Part shown: positions 25,877 through 37,092 of the stretch, one piece after another | Layout of the letters: each line of letters begins with the position of its first letter | Numbering within the stretch: position 1 is the first letter of the stretch | From: Candidatus Gygaella obscura | GTDB taxonomy: Bacteria; Omnitrophota; Gorgyraeia; Gygaellales; Gygaellaceae | Direction: 5' to 3' | Assembly (NCBI GenBank): GCA_030765485.1 | Contig: JAVCCR010000010.1 | Location: forward strand, 1 to 51,394 | DNA: 51,394 nucleotides | The notes under the pieces: model-generated | What the model saw: only the letters and a program-made list of their open reading frames with translations | Databases searched by the model: none | What the model was told of the DNA's origin: nothing | Program-made: the position numbers and the translations under genes

Positions 25877-26494
25877 TTAAAACGTTACTCCTAATAAGCG
25901 CGCGAAAAAAGACACAACAGGTAAAACGATCAATCTCAGTCCGCCGAAAAAAAATAAAGCAAAAATAATAATAAATCCGTACCGCTCTAACTTCATATAT
26001 TGTCTGGCTGTTTCATCCGGCAATAGGCTGATCATTACCCTTGAGCCGTCTAATGGTGGAATGGGAATAAGGTTAAATACCCCCAGCAAGAGATTATAGA
26101 TTATCATTAAATAAAATATATGCATAAAAGCTGCATTTAAAATATTCAGCTTTAAAACTATCGCGCAGATAACTGCACACAAAAAATTAGCTAAGGGTCC
26201 GGATATACCTACCAGGGCTATATCGCGTTTTGGATTACGTAGGTTTGCGTAGTTTATGGGAATTGGTTTTGCCCAGCCAAAGATGAATCTGCCTTGGCTT
26301 AATGCAGCAAGCATTATGGGAAAAATTATTGTCCCATATAAATCGATATGCGCTAAAGGGTTAAAAGTAAGCCTGCCGGCAGATTTGGCTGTATTATCAC
26401 CTAGTTTATATGCCACCCAGCCATGGGCAAATTCGTGTATTACAATGGCAATAAAAAATAATATTAAAAAAGGTATAATTGATAAGATACTCAT
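25877..26494 (-). CDS. Site-2 protease (M50)
   Basis: HEFAH and NLIPIPPLDG. Confidence 0.9.
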   Translation of the reverse strand: MSILSIIPFLILFFIAIVIHEFAHGWVAYKLGDNTAKSAGRLTFNPLAHIDLYGTIIFPIMLAALSQGRFIFGWAKPIPINYANLRNPKRDIALVGISGPLANFLCAVICAIVLKLNILNAAFMHIFYLMIIYNLLLGVFNLIPIPPLDGSRVMISLLPDETARQYMKLERYGFIIIFALFFFGGLRLIVLPVVSFFARLLGVTF

Positions 26495-26967
26495 GATATC
26501 TTTGGCGGTATTTTTTCAATAAAGAACTTGTTTACCCATCCAAAAATAATTCCCTTGGGGTCGATTTCATAGAAATCATTTATTTTTGTCTTTATTTTGA
26601 TTATTGTTTTTTTGGGGATCTGACCGATTATCACCGAATCCATATTTGCATCCATGCGTACATTAAGACTGTTTGCTTTAACCTGTGCCAGTTCGCTGTC
26701 AGGCAGAAATTTTACATATTTACTGCTTACATAGACAGGCACTAAGTTATTAAGCTCTATCTTGTACCAGCCGTAAAGCTCATCAACTATTTTTACCTTG
26801 TCTTTAGTGTCAAGTTTGGTAATGGATTCAAAATTGATATTTGCCCCTAATCTGACATTTACATTGTCAGTTTTGACTTTACCTAAAAAAACATCAAAAG
26901 CTCCTGCGTTGCTTAAATTGACAAGCACGATAATCGATAAAAATAACAGGATCTTTTTAGGATGCAT
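26491..26967 (-). CDS. Secreted tandem bacterial SH3 domain protein
   Basis: VNVRLGA...WYKI and LNVRMDA...GWV. Confidence 0.8.
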   Translation of the reverse strand: MHPKKILLFLSIIVLVNLSNAGAFDVFLGKVKTDNVNVRLGANINFESITKLDTKDKVKIVDELYGWYKIELNNLVPVYVSSKYVKFLPDSELAQVKANSLNVRMDANMDSVIIGQIPKKTIIKIKTKINDFYEIDPKGIIFGWVNKFFIEKIPPKIS

Positions 26968-27227
26968 TATACTTTTTTGCCTGCGGGTTTTGCAGTACTA
27001 GCTGATTTTACATCTGCTGCGGCTTTTTCATCGCCTGCTTCTGTTTTCTCAACCTTTACGGACTTTTTCATTTTAATCTTCACTAGTTTTGTTTTAGGAA
27101 GTTTGAAGATATCTTCGTCTTTAAAAAGGCCTTTTTCCATAAGTTCTTTTATCCTATCGATTCTTCTCAGTACTGTCGTCTGTTTTTTATTCTTTAAAGA
27201 ATATTTTAGTGATGGATGAATTGACAT
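26967..27227 (-). CDS. PVC superphylum small basic protein
   Basis: MSIHPSLK...VL.R..RI..L....F.LPK. Confidence 0.8.
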   Translation of the reverse strand: MSIHPSLKYSLKNKKQTTVLRRIDRIKELMEKGLFKDEDIFKLPKTKLVKIKMKKSVKVEKTEAGDEKAAADVKSASTAKPAGKKV

Positions 27228-27240
27228 TTTTTCTCCTTTG

Positions 27241-27831
27241 TTATAGTTTTCTTACAAAACAGTCTTCGTATATTTCTTTTAAAGCTTTTAACTGCGATGA
27301 ACTTTTAGCCGTGTTCTTACTGGTGAATTTGCCCCAGCAGACCACTACGTGTTTTCCAGTATTTAAAGTAAAGGCGTTAAAACCCTTTTTTAATAGGCGT
27401 TTTGCTTCAGTCTGTGCATAGTCTGTGGAAGTAAAAGTAGCCAATTGAATTGTGTAATTAGCGTTTCCTGGAATTTCTTTAAAGCTAGGAATGCTTTTTT
27501 CTATTGCCGATTCAGTTACAGATTTTTTCTTATTTGTTTCAATTTTTTCTATAGGTTCTTTATTTATTACAGTTTTTTTAACCGGAATTGGCTTCGCCTC
27601 TGCAGAGACTTTAATGAAATTACTGCTATTCTTTAGTTTTGTGATAATAAAGTTTTTCCCCCGCTCTATACCGAAAGAAAAACAGACTATACCTATGATG
27701 ATATAGCTTATGATAACAGCAATAATCTTTTCCGGCTTCCCGTGGCTTTTGAAAGAAAACTTATTTTTAGTCTTATTTTCATTAAATCTGTTTTCAAACA
27801 ATTCTATCTGTTTTGCGTTTAGCTTATTCAT
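27241..27831 (-). CDS. SPOR domain protein
   Basis: TM; YTIQLATF....A......L...G...F. Confidence 0.8.
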   Translation of the reverse strand: MNKLNAKQIELFENRFNENKTKNKFSFKSHGKPEKIIAVIISYIIIGIVCFSFGIERGKNFIITKLKNSSNFIKVSAEAKPIPVKKTVINKEPIEKIETNKKKSVTESAIEKSIPSFKEIPGNANYTIQLATFTSTDYAQTEAKRLLKKGFNAFTLNTGKHVVVCWGKFTSKNTAKSSSQLKALKEIYEDCFVRKL

Positions 27832-27834
27832 TGA

Positions 27835-28890
27835 TTATTTTAAATATTTTTTCCAGCGGTTTTTTTTAACGATTTTTAAAAATGCCTCTACTACCCGTGG
27901 GTCGAATTGAGTATTATTGTGTGCTTTAATTTCCTCTACTGCTTCAAGAAGCGTCATTCTTTGTCTGTAAGGTCTGCCGTAAGTCATTGCTTCAAAGGCA
28001 TCGGCAACAGCCATTATTCTTGCACCCAAGGGAATCTGTTTGCCTTTTAGTCCTGACGGATACCCTTTACCATCATATCTTTCATGATGATGTGCGATTA
28101 TAGGCAGCGCCGGTTTAAGGATTGATAAAGAACGCAGTATTTTTGCTCCCCTAGAAGGGTGACTTTTAATTATGCTAAATTCTTCTTTTGTTAGTTTTTT
28201 TGTTTTCGTTAATATTCCCAAAGGTATATCTGCTTTTCCGGCATCATGTAAAAGGCTTGCGTATTTTAAAATGCGCAGTTGCTTGTCATCAAGATGCATC
28301 TCTTCTGCAATACTGAGTACCAGTTCGCTGAATTTTCTACTGTGGGTATAAAGCCTGGGCACCTTAGCATCTAATAGCGTTACCATGGATTTAATGCTTC
28401 CTAAAATAGTTTTTTGCTGTTCGTCATAAAGCTGCAGGTTTTTAATTCCGAAAACTATCTGTTCACTGATTGTTACCAATAACTCAAAATCAGTGTTATC
28501 AAATGCGCTACTTGTTTTGTTTCTGCTTACTATGATTATACCAATTAAATCATCAGCGATTAAAGGAAATGCCAGAACTCTTTTTTTTGAAATCGAACAG
28601 ACGTTTTTTACTATTTTCCTATATAAGGCCTTGGTAATTTTTTCTCTTTTCTCACTTATGCAGCGTTTTTTCCTTGTGGCTTTGCATTTTAGTACGCTGT
28701 AGCTGTGCGACGTATCCAAAATTATGATTTCACAAAGATCAACATTTAGGATTTGTTTTATCAAGGTGGTAATTCGGATTACCAAATCTTTTAATTCAAA
28801 GGTAGAATTGATTAATCTGTATACAGTATGGATACTGGATAAGGTTAGTCTATACTTTTTCGTAAGTGTCGAATAATTTTTTGTGCTCAT
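27835..28890 (-). CDS. GAF + HD-GYP phosphodiesterase
   Basis: LHDAGK, HHERYDGKGYP, VADAFEAM...RPYR. Confidence 0.9.
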   Translation of the reverse strand: MSTKNYSTLTKKYRLTLSSIHTVYRLINSTFELKDLVIRITTLIKQILNVDLCEIIILDTSHSYSVLKCKATRKKRCISEKREKITKALYRKIVKNVCSISKKRVLAFPLIADDLIGIIIVSRNKTSSAFDNTDFELLVTISEQIVFGIKNLQLYDEQQKTILGSIKSMVTLLDAKVPRLYTHSRKFSELVLSIAEEMHLDDKQLRILKYASLLHDAGKADIPLGILTKTKKLTKEEFSIIKSHPSRGAKILRSLSILKPALPIIAHHHERYDGKGYPSGLKGKQIPLGARIMAVADAFEAMTYGRPYRQRMTLLEAVEEIKAHNNTQFDPRVVEAFLKIVKKNRWKKYLK

Positions 28891-30016
28891 CTAATGCGTA
28901 CCTATCGGTCATACCTGCAATATAATCGCATAAAAGGCTTTTTAGCATCTTTTTATTATTCAGATCGCTAATTTTAGCTTGATATTCAACAGGTAATTGT
29001 TTCGGGTTTTGTAAATATTCGTTAAAAAGTTCTTCTATAAACCTTTTAGCCTTTGTTGACATTCTTACAACCCGGTAATGTTCATAAAGACTCTTCTTTA
29101 AGAATTCTCTCAAGGGCACTCTTTTTTGCTGTATCAGTTTGCTAAAGGTTATAAATTTTTGTTTGTATTTTCTTACGTCGTCAACACAGTCAGGCTTAAT
29201 TTCCTCTAGCATTGCTTTACTCGTATCTATTATATCAGTAACTTGAGTATTTATCATCTCTTTTATGATCTGGAATTTGCGTATGTCTTTTTTTATCCCA
29301 GGATATTTATTTTCTACTTTTACATGGATTTCATTCCAGAGCTCTATTTTTTTTAATTCTTTTTCTTGTAAAAGACCAGCAGTTAGGCCGTCATCTATAT
29401 CGTGATTATCATAAGCAATTTCATCAGCTATGTCAACCACCTGGGTCTCTAAAGATGCGTTGGGAAATATACAGAATTCCTTGTGTTTTCCCTGCTTGTC
29501 ATACGTAGAAGTATGTCTTATTATGCCTTCTCTTGTTTCCCAAGTAAGGTTAAGTCCTTTAAAGTCAGGGTAGCGTTGTTCCATTTCATCAACCACCTTT
29601 AAACTCTGGCAATTGTGGTTAAACCCACCGTTTTCCTTATTTAGTTTATTTAGTGCATTTTCACCAGCATGACCAAAAGGAGTGTGTCCTAAATCATGCG
29701 CTAAGGCAATCGCTTCTACTAAAGGTTCATTTAATCCTAAAGCGCAGGCAATGGTTCTGGCGATCTGGCAGACTTCTAGGGTGTGAGTAAGCCTAGTTCT
29801 ATAGTAATCACCCTCGATAATTACAAAAACCTGAGTTTTATATTCCAAGCGCCTGAATGCAGCGCTATGGATGATTCTGTCTCGGTCTCTTTCATAGATA
29901 TTCCTGTAGGCGTGTTCAGCTTCTTTGAAGACTCTGCCTTTAGAATCGGTTTCTGAAATAGCGTATTTAGCTAGATAATTCCTATCCATTTTTTTTAAAT
30001 AATTTTTTAAATTCAA
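28850..30016 (-). CDS. dgt: Deoxyguanosinetriphosphate triphosphohydrolase
   Basis: RDRDRIIHS.AFRRL.YKTQV, RTRLTH.LEV, HDLGHTPFGH.GE, DYIAGMTD. Confidence 0.93.
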   Translation of the reverse strand: MNLKNYLKKMDRNYLAKYAISETDSKGRVFKEAEHAYRNIYERDRDRIIHSAAFRRLEYKTQVFVIIEGDYYRTRLTHTLEVCQIARTIACALGLNEPLVEAIALAHDLGHTPFGHAGENALNKLNKENGGFNHNCQSLKVVDEMEQRYPDFKGLNLTWETREGIIRHTSTYDKQGKHKEFCIFPNASLETQVVDIADEIAYDNHDIDDGLTAGLLQEKELKKIELWNEIHVKVENKYPGIKKDIRKFQIIKEMINTQVTDIIDTSKAMLEEIKPDCVDDVRKYKQKFITFSKLIQQKRVPLREFLKKSLYEHYRVVRMSTKAKRFIEELFNEYLQNPKQLPVEYQAKISDLNNKKMLKSLLCDYIAGMTDRYALDEHKKLFDTYEKV

Positions 30017-30440
30017 CTAAAGACTGAGAGATCACCTTAGTGTTTGATACTGTGCTCATAAAATTTGTATCAGCATTCCAGCGCGGCACCAGATGTACGT
30101 GTACATGATTTTTAATTCCCGCACCAGCAGCTGAGCCTAAATTTATACCGATATTAAAACCTTGGGGTTTAATAATTTTACTTAATCTTTTTTTGCAAAA
30201 AAACAACAACTCCATTAAATCTTCTAATTCCTTTTTTAAAAGCTTATCAATATCGTTTACATGTTTTTTCGGAGCGATAAGAATATGGCCGTTATTGTAA
30301 GGATATTTATTGAGCATAGCCGAAGAATATTTAGTTTCTTTAAGCAACATGGATTTTTCTCTTTTGCAAAAAATACACACGCTTTTTTTCTTAGTCTGTT
30401 TTACATAACCAATACGCCATGGAGCCCAAAGTTTTTTCAT
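29982..30440 (-). CDS. HIT family hydrolase
   Basis: LWAPWR, CIFC, YPYNNGH, HVHVHLVPRW. Confidence 0.9.
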   Translation of the reverse strand: MKKLWAPWRIGYVKQTKKKSVCIFCKREKSMLLKETKYSSAMLNKYPYNNGHILIAPKKHVNDIDKLLKKELEDLMELLFFCKKRLSKIIKPQGFNIGINLGSAAGAGIKNHVHVHLVPRWNADTNFMSTVSNTKVISQSLVEFKKLFKKNG

Positions 30441-30444
30441 TTCT

Positions 30445-30930
30445 TTATAGTTTAATTATTTTAGTTTTAATATCTTTATCAATGTTTATCTCACCAAAAG
30501 AGTTATAAGGTGCAAATATTTTATCCGTAGGACTTCCTGGGTTAAAATATATGGTGTTGTCTTCTTTTATTGTCAGTGGAAGATGACTATGCCCAAAGAT
30601 AACCAGATCAACCTTTTTATCTTTGAATTTTTCTTTTATGTTTTCTAATAGGTTTTTCGGCGGCCCCCAGCCGTGGACTAAGGCAATTTTTTTACCCGCA
30701 AAGTTGAAGATTTCGCACTGAGAAAGCCTGTTTCTTATTTCAACCGAATCCATATTACCGAAAACAGCTTTAACCTTGCATTTTGTTTCTAGCAATTTTA
30801 GCAAATCTAAAGAGACAAAATCTCCTGTATGAACAACGAGATCAGCTGATTCTATTGCCTCTATGAGCTTTTTAGGAAGACTTGATGCATTATTCGGTAT
30901 ATGGGTATCAGATATGGCAATAATTTTCAT
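30445..30930 (-). CDS. YfcE-type metallophosphoesterase
   Basis: SDTH, HTGD, GNMD, GHSH, NPGS. Confidence 0.9.
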   Translation of the reverse strand: MKIIAISDTHIPNNASSLPKKLIEAIESADLVVHTGDFVSLDLLKLLETKCKVKAVFGNMDSVEIRNRLSQCEIFNFAGKKIALVHGWGPPKNLLENIKEKFKDKKVDLVIFGHSHLPLTIKEDNTIYFNPGSPTDKIFAPYNSFGEINIDKDIKTKIIKL

Positions 30931-30934
30931 TTTT

Positions 30935-32560
30935 TTAAGTCTTTGTAATTATTGAAGGCCTGTCATAAAGATTGAATATTCTATTTAGTTGTTCTATGTC
31001 AATAGTGGTAATATTTTCCTGTTTAGCACGGATTTTCGTATTTGCATCCAATTCTTTGCAAGAAATTAATATTTTTTTAGGTTTTTCCTTTTTAAACCTT
31101 TTTGATTCTAAGGAAAATTTTATAATATCATCCTCTTTTACGCCGTCTTGTTTTATTAATGTCAGCCACAACACGCCACCAGCACGCGCGATCAGGCCGT
31201 CTTTTAATTCCAAATCGTTAAAATGAAATGGTTTCACTTCTCTAAAATGTGTTAAACGCAATGACTTAGATTCAATCTCTATAGTACCGTCAGAAAAAAG
31301 TCCGAATAATTCATGGATTCTGTTGAATAATTTTTGCTTTGAGTGGATCATAAAAAGTTCGATTTCCCGGTTTAATTTATTCAAATATAAGTACGATTTA
31401 TCTGTTGCGGAATCATCTTTTATCGCGTAGACCGTCTTCAGCCATAATGAAAAAAGCTTATCTGTTACTGTATAAAAATTGCCGTTTGTGTATATAAAGT
31501 CATCTTTAATCAATACGGAAAGCTTTTTCTTGATTGTTGTAGAAGTGCTTTTGATATCATATATAAGTTCTTTTATTCTTTTGTGTCCATTGGCCAAGGA
31601 TAATAGAACCTGAATACTGCTGGATTTAGTAGTGTTATTTTCTAAATTAGACATTCTTTTGTTGAAAAGTTGGTTTATTACGCCAATATCTCTAAGTAAT
31701 AATTCCAATAATGATTCTTTAATTAATTCAGATGTAGCTTCCTTCTTGTTATTAACAATGATATTTTTCTTTATCTGTTCGCAGATAATTCTAAGATAAC
31801 AGATACAGCCGTTTGTAATATTAAGTAAGAAATCAAGATAATTTTCATCAATCAGGTAAGGAAATAGCTCTTTTTTTATAAATTTGGACCCGTTGTTATA
31901 ATCAAGATGTTCTAGTTTGACTATTTCGAAATTACCGAATAAAAGTCTTAGGTCGTTATCTAATATATGTTTTGACTTAAATGCGGATGAGCTACTGATT
32001 AAATATAAAACATTCTTTTGCAGACATAGTATTTTGCCCCATTCCTTAAACAGGTTTTTAATCCTAAAGTTATTCAGATTATGGAACTCTTCAATAATAA
32101 AAACTATTGATATTCCCAGCTCAATAGAGATTATATCTAAAAGCAATATTAACTCTTTAAAGCTATCAAGATTTTTCTTTCTGATGCTTAGATTAATAAT
32201 ATAATTGCATTTCTCTGCAATCTTCGGGTTAAAAGAATTAATCAATGGTTTTAATTCTGAAAGGCTTGAATAGGGACTAATTTTACCGCTTCTTTTTAAT
32301 ACGGCTATAAGAATAGCCTTTATTGTATTATTAATAAATTGTTTAAAGGTGCTTGTATTGATTGTTATATAGATAGGCACAAGCTTAGGATCATACATTC
32401 TCTGTAGCCAGTGCTTAATAAGTGTGGTTTTTCCGCAGAATTCACTACCGATAAGAGCGAGGTTTCTTCTGTATCCTACAATAAAGTCCCTGGTTCTTTT
32501 TTCCAAGAGTTCCAGGATTGTTTCCTGTCCAAAGATGTCTATTTTTTTTGTCAGTTTCAT
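30935..32560 (-). CDS. AAA (archaeal-ATPase-like) + wHTH protein with possible nuclease-like C-terminal fold
   Basis: FGQE..L, GSEFCGKTT Walker A, IIEEFH Walker B, YTVTDKLF.LWL. Confidence 0.7.
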   Translation of the reverse strand: MKLTKKIDIFGQETILELLEKRTRDFIVGYRRNLALIGSEFCGKTTLIKHWLQRMYDPKLVPIYITINTSTFKQFINNTIKAILIAVLKRSGKISPYSSLSELKPLINSFNPKIAEKCNYIINLSIRKKNLDSFKELILLLDIISIELGISIVFIIEEFHNLNNFRIKNLFKEWGKILCLQKNVLYLISSSSAFKSKHILDNDLRLLFGNFEIVKLEHLDYNNGSKFIKKELFPYLIDENYLDFLLNITNGCICYLRIICEQIKKNIIVNNKKEATSELIKESLLELLLRDIGVINQLFNKRMSNLENNTTKSSSIQVLLSLANGHKRIKELIYDIKSTSTTIKKKLSVLIKDDFIYTNGNFYTVTDKLFSLWLKTVYAIKDDSATDKSYLYLNKLNREIELFMIHSKQKLFNRIHELFGLFSDGTIEIESKSLRLTHFREVKPFHFNDLELKDGLIARAGGVLWLTLIKQDGVKEDDIIKFSLESKRFKKEKPKKILISCKELDANTKIRAKQENITTIDIEQLNRIFNLYDRPSIITKT

Positions 32561-32645
32561 TAAAGAATTATCGTAGCCAACTTTATTTTACAGAGTTATA
32601 TTATATAAATTTAAAGTGGTTATGTCCACAATTTTTACTTAATAA

Positions 32646-34004
<1,359 letters not shown>

Positions 34005-34008
34005 AATT

Positions 34009-34638
34009 TTAATTAAGTTTCTTTTTTAGTAGCTTTATGGTTGATTTTATATTTTTGGTTTTACAAACTTCTTCACAAAGAGCAATCTTATTGATTCCTT
34101 TTTTAGTCAGGGTTATTAAATTTAAACGAGTGATGCCTCCAATGGCAAATGTGCTGATTTTTTTATTATTGAATATATCTAGCGTATTTTTTATCCCAAT
34201 TGGTTTATATTCTGCTTTTGTCCTAGTTTTAAAAACTGGCCCCGCGCTTACATAGTCAAATCTGTCATTTATTGCTTTTTTAAGCTCTTTTTTACTATGA
34301 CAGGAACTTCCGAAAATTGCTTTTTTGCTCATTATAGATTTTGCGTTTTTAATCTCTATGTCTGCTTGGCCTAAATGCACTCCATCAGCTTTACACAGAT
34401 AAGCGATATCTGCACGGTTATTAATAATAAACAGGCAATTATAGCTAGCGCAGATTCTTCTTATTTTTTTTGCCAGTTCAAGCAACCTGCTGTCACTAAA
34501 GTTGTATGAACGTAGCTGAAGCATATCAACACCGTTTAAAACAGCGGTTTTAGCTGTTAAAAACGGATTTTTACAAATCTTTGTGTCTATTAAGACATAT
34601 AGTTTAGCAGAGCTTAACAGATTTTTTTTCGATTTCAT
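34009..34638 (-). CDS. thiE: Thiamine-phosphate synthase
   Basis: LQLR, FIINNRAD, DGVHLGQ.D, GPVF.T.TK, AIGGI. Confidence 0.9.
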   Translation of the reverse strand: MKSKKNLLSSAKLYVLIDTKICKNPFLTAKTAVLNGVDMLQLRSYNFSDSRLLELAKKIRRICASYNCLFIINNRADIAYLCKADGVHLGQADIEIKNAKSIMSKKAIFGSSCHSKKELKKAINDRFDYVSAGPVFKTRTKAEYKPIGIKNTLDIFNNKKISTFAIGGITRLNLITLTKKGINKIALCEEVCKTKNIKSTIKLLKKKLN

Positions 34639-35011
34639 ACAATGTGTATCTTATTCTTTTAAAATTTACTGCACTTTTTTTAGAGTAAATCTTGGAAAAT
34701 TCTTCTATGACGCGCAAGGATTCTTTGACTCTCGCAAAATTGGCAAAATAGATATCACGATAATTCTTTCTGGAAAATTCGGATTTGATATTTGTTTTTC
34801 CGATATCATTTTTTATGTCGCGGAAGATAAGCCTTTTTTTTGTATCCAGCGGAAGTTTTTCTATTTCCCTGTTTATCTTATGCCTTATATTTTTTAGCTT
34901 TTTAGTAAGTAACCGGTTATCCAGCAGAAATCTGTTGATGTCTTCTAAAACGCGCAAACCTTCAAGGCATCGATTAGTATTTGCATCAATCAATCGAATT
35001 ATCTTCTGCAT
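34604..35011 (-). CDS. ThiD2-like helical protein
   Basis: R.IDAN.NR..EGLRV.ED..RF, RD...DIG, ANF.R..ESLRV.EEF.K, RY..Y..EK. Confidence 0.8.
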   Translation of the reverse strand: MQKIIRLIDANTNRCLEGLRVLEDINRFLLDNRLLTKKLKNIRHKINREIEKLPLDTKKRLIFRDIKNDIGKTNIKSEFSRKNYRDIYFANFARVKESLRVIEEFSKIYSKKSAVNFKRIRYTLYEIEKKSVKLC

Positions 35012-35478
35012 TACATTAATTTATTTATTATTTTTGTAGTAGAAAAACCTTTTACGAAGGGAATTCTTTTAATGCTTCCTTTATATGATTTAACAAAATT
35101 GCTTCCGACGATATCTTTGATTTTCCAATCAGCGCCTTTTACAAGTATATCGGGTTTGATTTCTCTAATTAACCGTTCTGGGGTAATTTCAGTGAAAACA
35201 ACGACATAATCTACCATTTCTAATGCTGATAAGACAGTTGAGCGCATATGTTGCTTGTTAATTGGCCTGTTCTTGCCTTTTATTTTTTTTACTGAGACAT
35301 CGCTATTTAAACCAACGATTAAAATATCAGCCAAGCTTTTTGCCTTAGCAAGGTATTTTATATGGCCGTAATGAATGATATCAAAACAACCATTGGTAAA
35401 AACAGTTTTCTTTTTTTGTTTTTTTAACTTTTTTCGGATTGTTTTAAACTGCGCGATTGTTTTTATTTTATTAAGCAT
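35011..35478 (-). CDS. rfaE2: D-glycero-beta-D-manno-heptose 1-phosphate adenylyltransferase
   Basis: VFTNGCFDIIH.GH, GLNSD.SV..IKG..RP, PDILVKGADW, STT. Confidence 0.9.
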   Translation of the reverse strand: MLNKIKTIAQFKTIRKKLKKQKKKTVFTNGCFDIIHYGHIKYLAKAKSLADILIVGLNSDVSVKKIKGKNRPINKQHMRSTVLSALEMVDYVVVFTEITPERLIREIKPDILVKGADWKIKDIVGSNFVKSYKGSIKRIPFVKGFSTTKIINKLM

Positions 35479-36040
35479 TTTCAAAGGCATCGTCAATTAA
35501 CTCGCATAATATATGTAAAATCGTTATGTGCGCTTCTTGTATGCGCGGTGTATCGGATGAATCAATGCTGATCATGTAATCACAAACGTTAGGTTTGTTT
35601 TTAATGGCTTTGCTTGTGAGTAGCGCGGTTTTTAAATCCTTTTGCTTTGCTGTCTCAAGCGCCTTTATTACATTTTTAGATGTGCCGCTGGTTGATATAC
35701 CTAAGGCAAAGTCGTTTTCCAAAGCAACTGCTTCGATCTGCCTTGAGAAAACCTGCTCGTAGCCAAAATCATTACTAACCGCAGTCAGGATCGATGTATT
35801 TGTAGTAAGGGCAATTGAAGCAAGCGCCTTTCTTTGTTTTTTGAAACGACCCACTAACTCTGCGGCAAAGTGTTGTGCATCTGCGCTTGAACCGCCATTA
35901 CCGAAACAGATGATTTTGCCTTTGTTTTTCAGGCAACCGATCAACTGTTGCGCAACTGTCTCGATTTCTTTGATATTGCCAATCAGTGTTTTTTGAGTTT
36001 CTATAGAAGCGTTTATTGAAGCCTTGATTTTTTCTTTCAT
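35471..36040 (-). CDS. gmhA: Phosphoheptose isomerase
   Basis: GNGGS.ADAQHFAAEL, NDFGY, ISTSG.S.NV, TPRIQEAH. Confidence 0.93.
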   Translation of the reverse strand: MKEKIKASINASIETQKTLIGNIKEIETVAQQLIGCLKNKGKIICFGNGGSSADAQHFAAELVGRFKKQRKALASIALTTNTSILTAVSNDFGYEQVFSRQIEAVALENDFALGISTSGTSKNVIKALETAKQKDLKTALLTSKAIKNKPNVCDYMISIDSSDTPRIQEAHITILHILCELIDDAFENA

Positions 36041-36044
36041 CTCT

Positions 36045-37070
36045 TTATCCGAAAAACTCCTGGGCAATACTGTAAAAATCCTTGTCCACAAGTTTTAATG
36101 AGGCTACTGCTTTTTCTAAAGGAACTTCAATGATTTTATTGCCCTGTAAACTTGCCATATAACCGAATTTTTTATTTTTTACTAACTCTACAGCCTTGAT
36201 TCCAAAGCGTGTTCCTAAAATCCTATCAAAGGCAGTCGGAGTACCTCCTCTTTGAATATGTCCTAAGACACATACCCTTGTTTCAAAGCTGGTTTTTTCT
36301 TCTATCATTTTTGCAAGATTATCTCCAATTCCTCCAAGTCGTACATGCCCGAAAGAATCTAGTTTTTTTTCTTGAAGTATAAGACCCTTTTTAAACTTTG
36401 CCCCTTCAGCTACGACTACAATGTTGAAATTCTTGCCTCTTGATTTTCTGCGTTTTAAAATATCACAGACCTCATCGATATCAATTGGAAACTCAGGCAA
36501 AAGAATTGCATCGGCTCCTCCGGCAATACCGGATTCAAGTGCAATCCAGCCAGCATGTCTTCCCATGACTTCGACCACAATTGTTCTGTGATGGCTTTCA
36601 GCTGTGGTGTGAAGTCGATCAATACATTCTGTTGCAATATTAATTGCTGTATCAAATCCGAATGTATAATCAGTACAATTTAAATCATTATCAATTGTTT
36701 TAGGAGCTCCTACGATATTTAAACCTTCCTTGTAAAGTTTTGACGCAACCCCTAAGGTATCTTCTCCGCCGATTACGACTAAGGCATCAAGACCGAGCTG
36801 TTTAAAGTTCTCCTTTAATTTTTCTACACCAGATGGGTTTTTATAAGGATTCGTTCTGCTTGTGCCAAGGATTGTTCCTCCTTTAGGCAGGATTCCTGAT
36901 ATAGAATCCAGATTTAATTCAATAGTATCTTTTTCAATAAGACCTTTCCAGCCGTTTTTAATACCGATTACAGAGTTGCCTTCATTAATACTTTTTCTCA
37001 CTACTGCTCTTATTACTGCATTTAACCCTGGGCAATCTCCTCCGCCTGTAAGAATACCAATTTTTGACAT
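36045..37070 (-). CDS. pfkA: 6-phosphofructokinase
   Basis: GGGDCPGLNAVIR, GGTILGTSR, PKTIDND, EVMGRHAGW, LGHIQRGG. Confidence 0.95.
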   Translation of the reverse strand: MSKIGILTGGGDCPGLNAVIRAVVRKSINEGNSVIGIKNGWKGLIEKDTIELNLDSISGILPKGGTILGTSRTNPYKNPSGVEKLKENFKQLGLDALVVIGGEDTLGVASKLYKEGLNIVGAPKTIDNDLNCTDYTFGFDTAINIATECIDRLHTTAESHHRTIVVEVMGRHAGWIALESGIAGGADAILLPEFPIDIDEVCDILKRRKSRGKNFNIVVVAEGAKFKKGLILQEKKLDSFGHVRLGGIGDNLAKMIEEKTSFETRVCVLGHIQRGGTPTAFDRILGTRFGIKAVELVKNKKFGYMASLQGNKIIEVPLEKAVASLKLVDKDFYSIAQEFFG

Positions 37071-37092
37071 CTTTTCCCCCGTTAAAAGTTAA

